Source: a virus. Taken from it: a DNA stretch of 64,000 bases. The stretch covers positions 1-64,000 of IMG/VR virus record IMGVR_UViG_3300042301_002363; one strand, written 5' to 3'. The notes under the pieces are model-generated. The model did no database searches. It saw only the letters and a list, made by a program, of their open reading frames with translations, and was not told where the DNA came from. The position numbers and the translations under genes were made by a program. Shown in pieces: positions 62,180 through 64,000 of the stretch. The first letter of the stretch is position 1, and every line of letters starts with the position of its first letter.

Positions 62180-62747
62180 ATTCGTTATATGTCTTCAAAC
62201 TTTCTTTAGCATCTTCATTGCGTTCAATGTTATATAATCTGCTTCTATAAAGACTACTAATTTTCATGCGAGGATCTACCTGTATATAAGAATTCCATTT
62301 CTTAGGGTATTCTTTTGCAACAGTTCTTTTAAACTCCCTTACACCAGTAAAGCCCCACAATTCATTATTTTTGAATTTGTATCTACTAGCAAAAGTTGTG
62401 AAAAAGATTTTTGCCAAATAGTCATCGCTTTCATAGTTCTTATGCTGTATCACTTTACCATAATCAGCAGATGTCTTAAAGTCTACGTTTTTACTTTTCT
62501 TACGTGGACAAGAACCTATAAATAGATGACCAAGCTGACTTGGTATTTCAACACCATCTCTTTTCTCTATCACTGTATTCCAAACTTCATTATTGAATTC
62601 TAGAATAATGCTTTTAATTTGTTTTTCTGTTAGGTATTTTGCTGCAAAAACTTCAGACTGTATATGGTCCACCATTTCTTTAACAACAGTTTTCTTTGTT
62701 GTCTTTCTAAATCTTGGTCCTTTTACGTCTGGCATACAATTTTTCAT
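62169..62747 (-). CDS. IHF/HU-like basic protein
   Basis: Helices followed by GVEIPSQLGHLFI, Lys/Arg-rich. crAss-like phages encode IHF-like genes beside tail genes. Confidence 0.55.
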   Translation of the reverse strand: MKNCMPDVKGPRFRKTTKKTVVKEMVDHIQSEVFAAKYLTEKQIKSIILEFNNEVWNTVIEKRDGVEIPSQLGHLFIGSCPRKKSKNVDFKTSADYGKVIQHKNYESDDYLAKIFFTTFASRYKFKNNELWGFTGVREFKRTVAKEYPKKWNSYIQVDPRMKISSLYRSRLYNIERNEDAKESLKTYNEFEF

Positions 62748-62754
62748 AACAGAT

Positions 62755-62790
62755 CCTCATTAAAATATAGGCAAAATAATTGGTTTTAAC
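62755..62790 (-). promoter_or_regulatory. Conserved phage promoter-like motif, copy D
   Basis: Minus strand GTTAAAACCA-N11-TATATT-N4-TGAGG. Confidence 0.55.
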
Positions 62791-62800
62791 AAATGTAATC

Positions 62801-62835
62801 AAAAAACAAAACCCTCACAAGATGCAAGGGATTTG
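62801..62835 (-). terminator. Intrinsic terminator after the tail fibre gene
   Basis: Minus strand CCCTTGCA-tct-TGTGAGGG followed by TTTTGTTTTTT. Confidence 0.65.
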
Positions 62836-62855
62836 TCTAGTATCTCAGAAGTCTG

Positions 62856-64000
62856 TTAACTGCCTATTATTTTTACAAATGCAGGTTTGCTATCTGCAGC
62901 ACCAGATATGGATATAATATCAAGAGATCCTGCACTTGTATTATACACATAATCAATGCCATTGGCTAATACCAGATATGGAAATGCTCCATTTTTTGGC
63001 ACATATATGGTAATTGATGCAAATGCACCAAATCCATGTGTTATTGTAATTAGACCATTTAGTGGGGCTAACGTAACACTGAAAACATTTGCGTCTAATC
63101 CATCTATTGTAACATCTGTAGCTGTTGATGATAACGTAATTCCTGTTCCTGCTTTTAATCCTTTTGTTGCCAAACTAGGACCATTTCCATCATTTACTAA
63201 TGATTCATGCGCTGTTGTACCAGCATCTGCTAAAACAACACCTGATCCAGAATCAGCATTTATAATTGTTATCTCGTCTGTTGCAGAATCTGTTGTTATA
63301 GAAATACCTGCACCTGCCACAAACGTCAAAGTATCATTGTTACTATCTGCTACTACTGTAGGCTGTGTCGCAACTGCAATATTTTTAAAAATAAATTGCG
63401 ATGACCCAAGATCACTGTTTGTAATTGTGAGTTCATCAGTTGCTGGATTTGTTGTAACCGCAATACCTGTTCCAGACACAACTGTCAAAGTATCGTTATT
63501 AGTATCTGCTACAATAGTTGGTTGTGTTGCTACTGCAACATTTTTAAATATATTCTGAGCTGAACCTGGATCAGTATTAGTCACAGTGTAAGTTGTTTGA
63601 GCACCTACTACATTAGGATTAACTTGAATCCCTGCTCCAGCTGCAACTACAAAGGTTTGAGTACTTGTTGGAATAAAATCTAAGAAATTTTCAAATGCTA
63701 TTTTTACTTGCTGACAACCATCCACATACGTAATTGTAAACGTTGAACTATTATTTGGATAACACCATGCACCTGTTGTAGCAGCTATCCATGGAGCATC
63801 AAAAATAATATTTGAAATTGGTGCAGCGTTATTATATTTTGTATCAATTAAATCAGAGTTCAACCATACTAAATTTCCAATAACCTCAGCATTGTAAAGA
63901 TTACCATCATTGTCTTTATATGCGTTTGATATAAAGTCTCCATCTGTTTCATTACAGTCAATTGGTCTTACCAATCTTACTTTGTATCCAAATCTATACG
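62856..64000 (-). CDS. Tail fibre-like protein, C-terminal part (5' truncated by window)
   Basis: Frame is open to the window edge (YRFGYKVRLVRP...). FISUMP-like D.DGN.Y....IG...W motif. Repeated (V/K).AG.GI.(V/I/L) fibre shaft motifs. Confidence 0.7.
   Translation of the reverse strand, partial: YRFGYKVRLVRPIDCNETDGDFISNAYKDNDGNLYNAEVIGNLVWLNSDLIDTKYNNAAPISNIIFDAPWIAATTGAWCYPNNSSTFTITYVDGCQQVKIAFENFLDFIPTSTQTFVVAAGAGIQVNPNVVGAQTTYTVTNTDPGSAQNIFKNVAVATQPTIVADTNNDTLTVVSGTGIAVTTNPATDELTITNSDLGSSQFIFKNIAVATQPTVVADSNNDTLTFVAGAGISITTDSATDEITIINADSGSGVVLADAGTTAHESLVNDGNGPSLATKGLKAGTGITLSSTATDVTIDGLDANVFSVTLAPLNGLITITHGFGAFASITIYVPKNGAFPYLVLANGIDYVYNTSAGSLDIISISGAADSKPAFVKIIGS
63243..63578 (-). repeat. 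Two tandem 159-bp (53-aa) repeats in the tail fibre
   Basis: N.D.GS.Q.IFKN.AVATQPT.VAD.NNDTLT.V.G.GI..TT..ATDE.TI occurs twice, with starts 159 nt apart. Confidence 0.85.

Noticed and set aside
62755-62759. TGAGG as a Shine-Dalgarno sequence
   Set aside because: The spacing fits only here. The other three copies are 25-38 nt from the start, and other genes have A/T-rich leaders without SD.
13000-63600. Numerous 60-200 aa ORFs antisense to or nested in the large genes (e.g. 20091-20561, 62956-63558)
   Set aside because: They are shadow ORFs of long coding sequences, with no recognisable motifs or separate expression signals.
1-64000. Stop-codon reassignment (TAG or TGA), known in some crAss-like phages
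   Set aside because: Genes up to 4004 aa are intact and tightly packed in the standard code. TGA ends several genes and TAG ends the 906-aa gene.
1-64000. CRISPR arrays, tRNAs, introns, inteins, transposases, DGR reverse transcriptase
   Set aside because: Intergenic gaps are short and explained by promoters or hairpins. I saw no repeat-spacer pattern, cloverleaf, intein splice motifs or RT motifs by eye.

Overview
AT-rich segment of a crAss-like (Crassvirales-type) phage genome, most likely infecting a Bacteroidota host, read in the standard genetic code. From left to right: the end of a family B DNA polymerase plus a DUF932-like gene (+); a minus-strand lysis cassette (u-spanin-like lipoprotein, several small membrane proteins, GH24 lysozyme, a PG-binding His/Cys hydrolase and a tandem-PAS membrane protein); a plus-strand island led by a class II ribonucleotide reductase; then about 55 kb of minus-strand virion genes (tail fibre, IHF-like and ring proteins, muzzle/stabilisation protein, GG-punctuated cargo proteins, a 4004-aa zincin-RNA polymerase, a PD-(D/E)XK cargo protein, a Cys-rich repeat protein). 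Four observations stand out. (1) Four consecutive cargo genes (8087 aa) contain only six cysteines by my reading, all at the termini that abut in gene order, suggesting a head-to-tail disulfide chain of ejected proteins. (2) A dual-PAS sensor fused to a holin-like membrane tail sits inside the lysis operon. (3) Repeated xxGG motifs punctuate four cargo proteins like protease cleavage sites. (4) One fixed-spacing promoter-like motif precedes all four minus-strand gene blocks whose upstream region lies in the window. All calls come from motif recognition by eye; no database searches were run.
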